Of a stretch of DNA of 64,000 nucleotides, positions 63,591-64,000 are shown piece by piece; position 1 is the first letter of the stretch, and each line of letters starts with the position of its first letter. The translations under genes and the position numbers were made by a program. Where the stretch lies: contig CM082583.2 in NCBI GenBank assembly GCA_040954595.2, forward strand, positions 3,109,060-3,173,059. The letters run 5' to 3'. The notes under the pieces are model-generated. The model searched no databases, was not told the origin of the DNA, and saw only the letters and a list, made by a program, of their open reading frames with translations. This DNA is from Balanoglossus misakiensis. Lineage: Eukaryota; Animalia; Hemichordata.

Positions 63591-64000
63591 TCTTTATGTT
63601 TGTTGGGAAAATGAAACTTGTATTTGCTCAACCTCACTTTTCATTACAACTGATTAGCACAAAAATGTACATTGTTAGCAATTGTAAAACATTTATTTTA
63701 GTATAGTCAAGTTAGCCTTAACATTTAAAAGTCGAATATCAGTATACTAATATGACTAAAAATATGTCAGTATATCTGATGGCATGGTGGCGGAAGTACA
63801 TGTTGTTACCAGGGAAGACACATTGAACATAGACTAGCCCACTATTCACTTGGTGATTTTTTGTCTTTATAAAGATTCTCAATACTTTTTGTGCATTTGG
63901 AAGCTTTGAGCAAGTTTCTGGTACTGAGCCGAGTTTCGAATTCAGAAGTGGGCTGCTCTGGCTTTGGTTACCATGGGCCAATGTGATCTTATGCACACAT

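Overview
AT-rich, repeat-dominated eukaryotic DNA. The MITE and Helentron-type repeat content suggests a marine invertebrate genome, which is an inference only. No host gene is confidently identified. The centre (about 19.2-48.2 kb) is a satellite array of 79-bp and 67-bp monomers with higher-order repeats. It carries three different TE insertions, each with a target-site duplication (TSD) cut from the satellite. (i) An intact 8,705-bp AcademX-type DNA transposon (21828-30532; 13-bp CAG..CTG TIRs, TTG TSD). Its single 2206-codon ORF has the expected DDE transposase, XPG/FEN-like nuclease and Cys8 tail, plus a ubiquitin-like domain ending in Gly-Gly and an apparently inactive OTU deubiquitinase-like domain inside the transposase core. 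(ii) A 795-bp TTAA MITE that was later duplicated with the array. (iii) A 411-bp 5'-truncated LINE. The left flank holds a 5.1-kb foldback element with about 840-bp inverted arms around a decayed L1/Tx1-type LINE fragment, plus several PIF/Harbinger-like and Kolobok-like MITEs. The right flank holds a 50-bp minisatellite, Helentron/DINE-like repeats, more MITEs and an old duplicated block. All coordinates and motifs were read by eye and no database searches were run.
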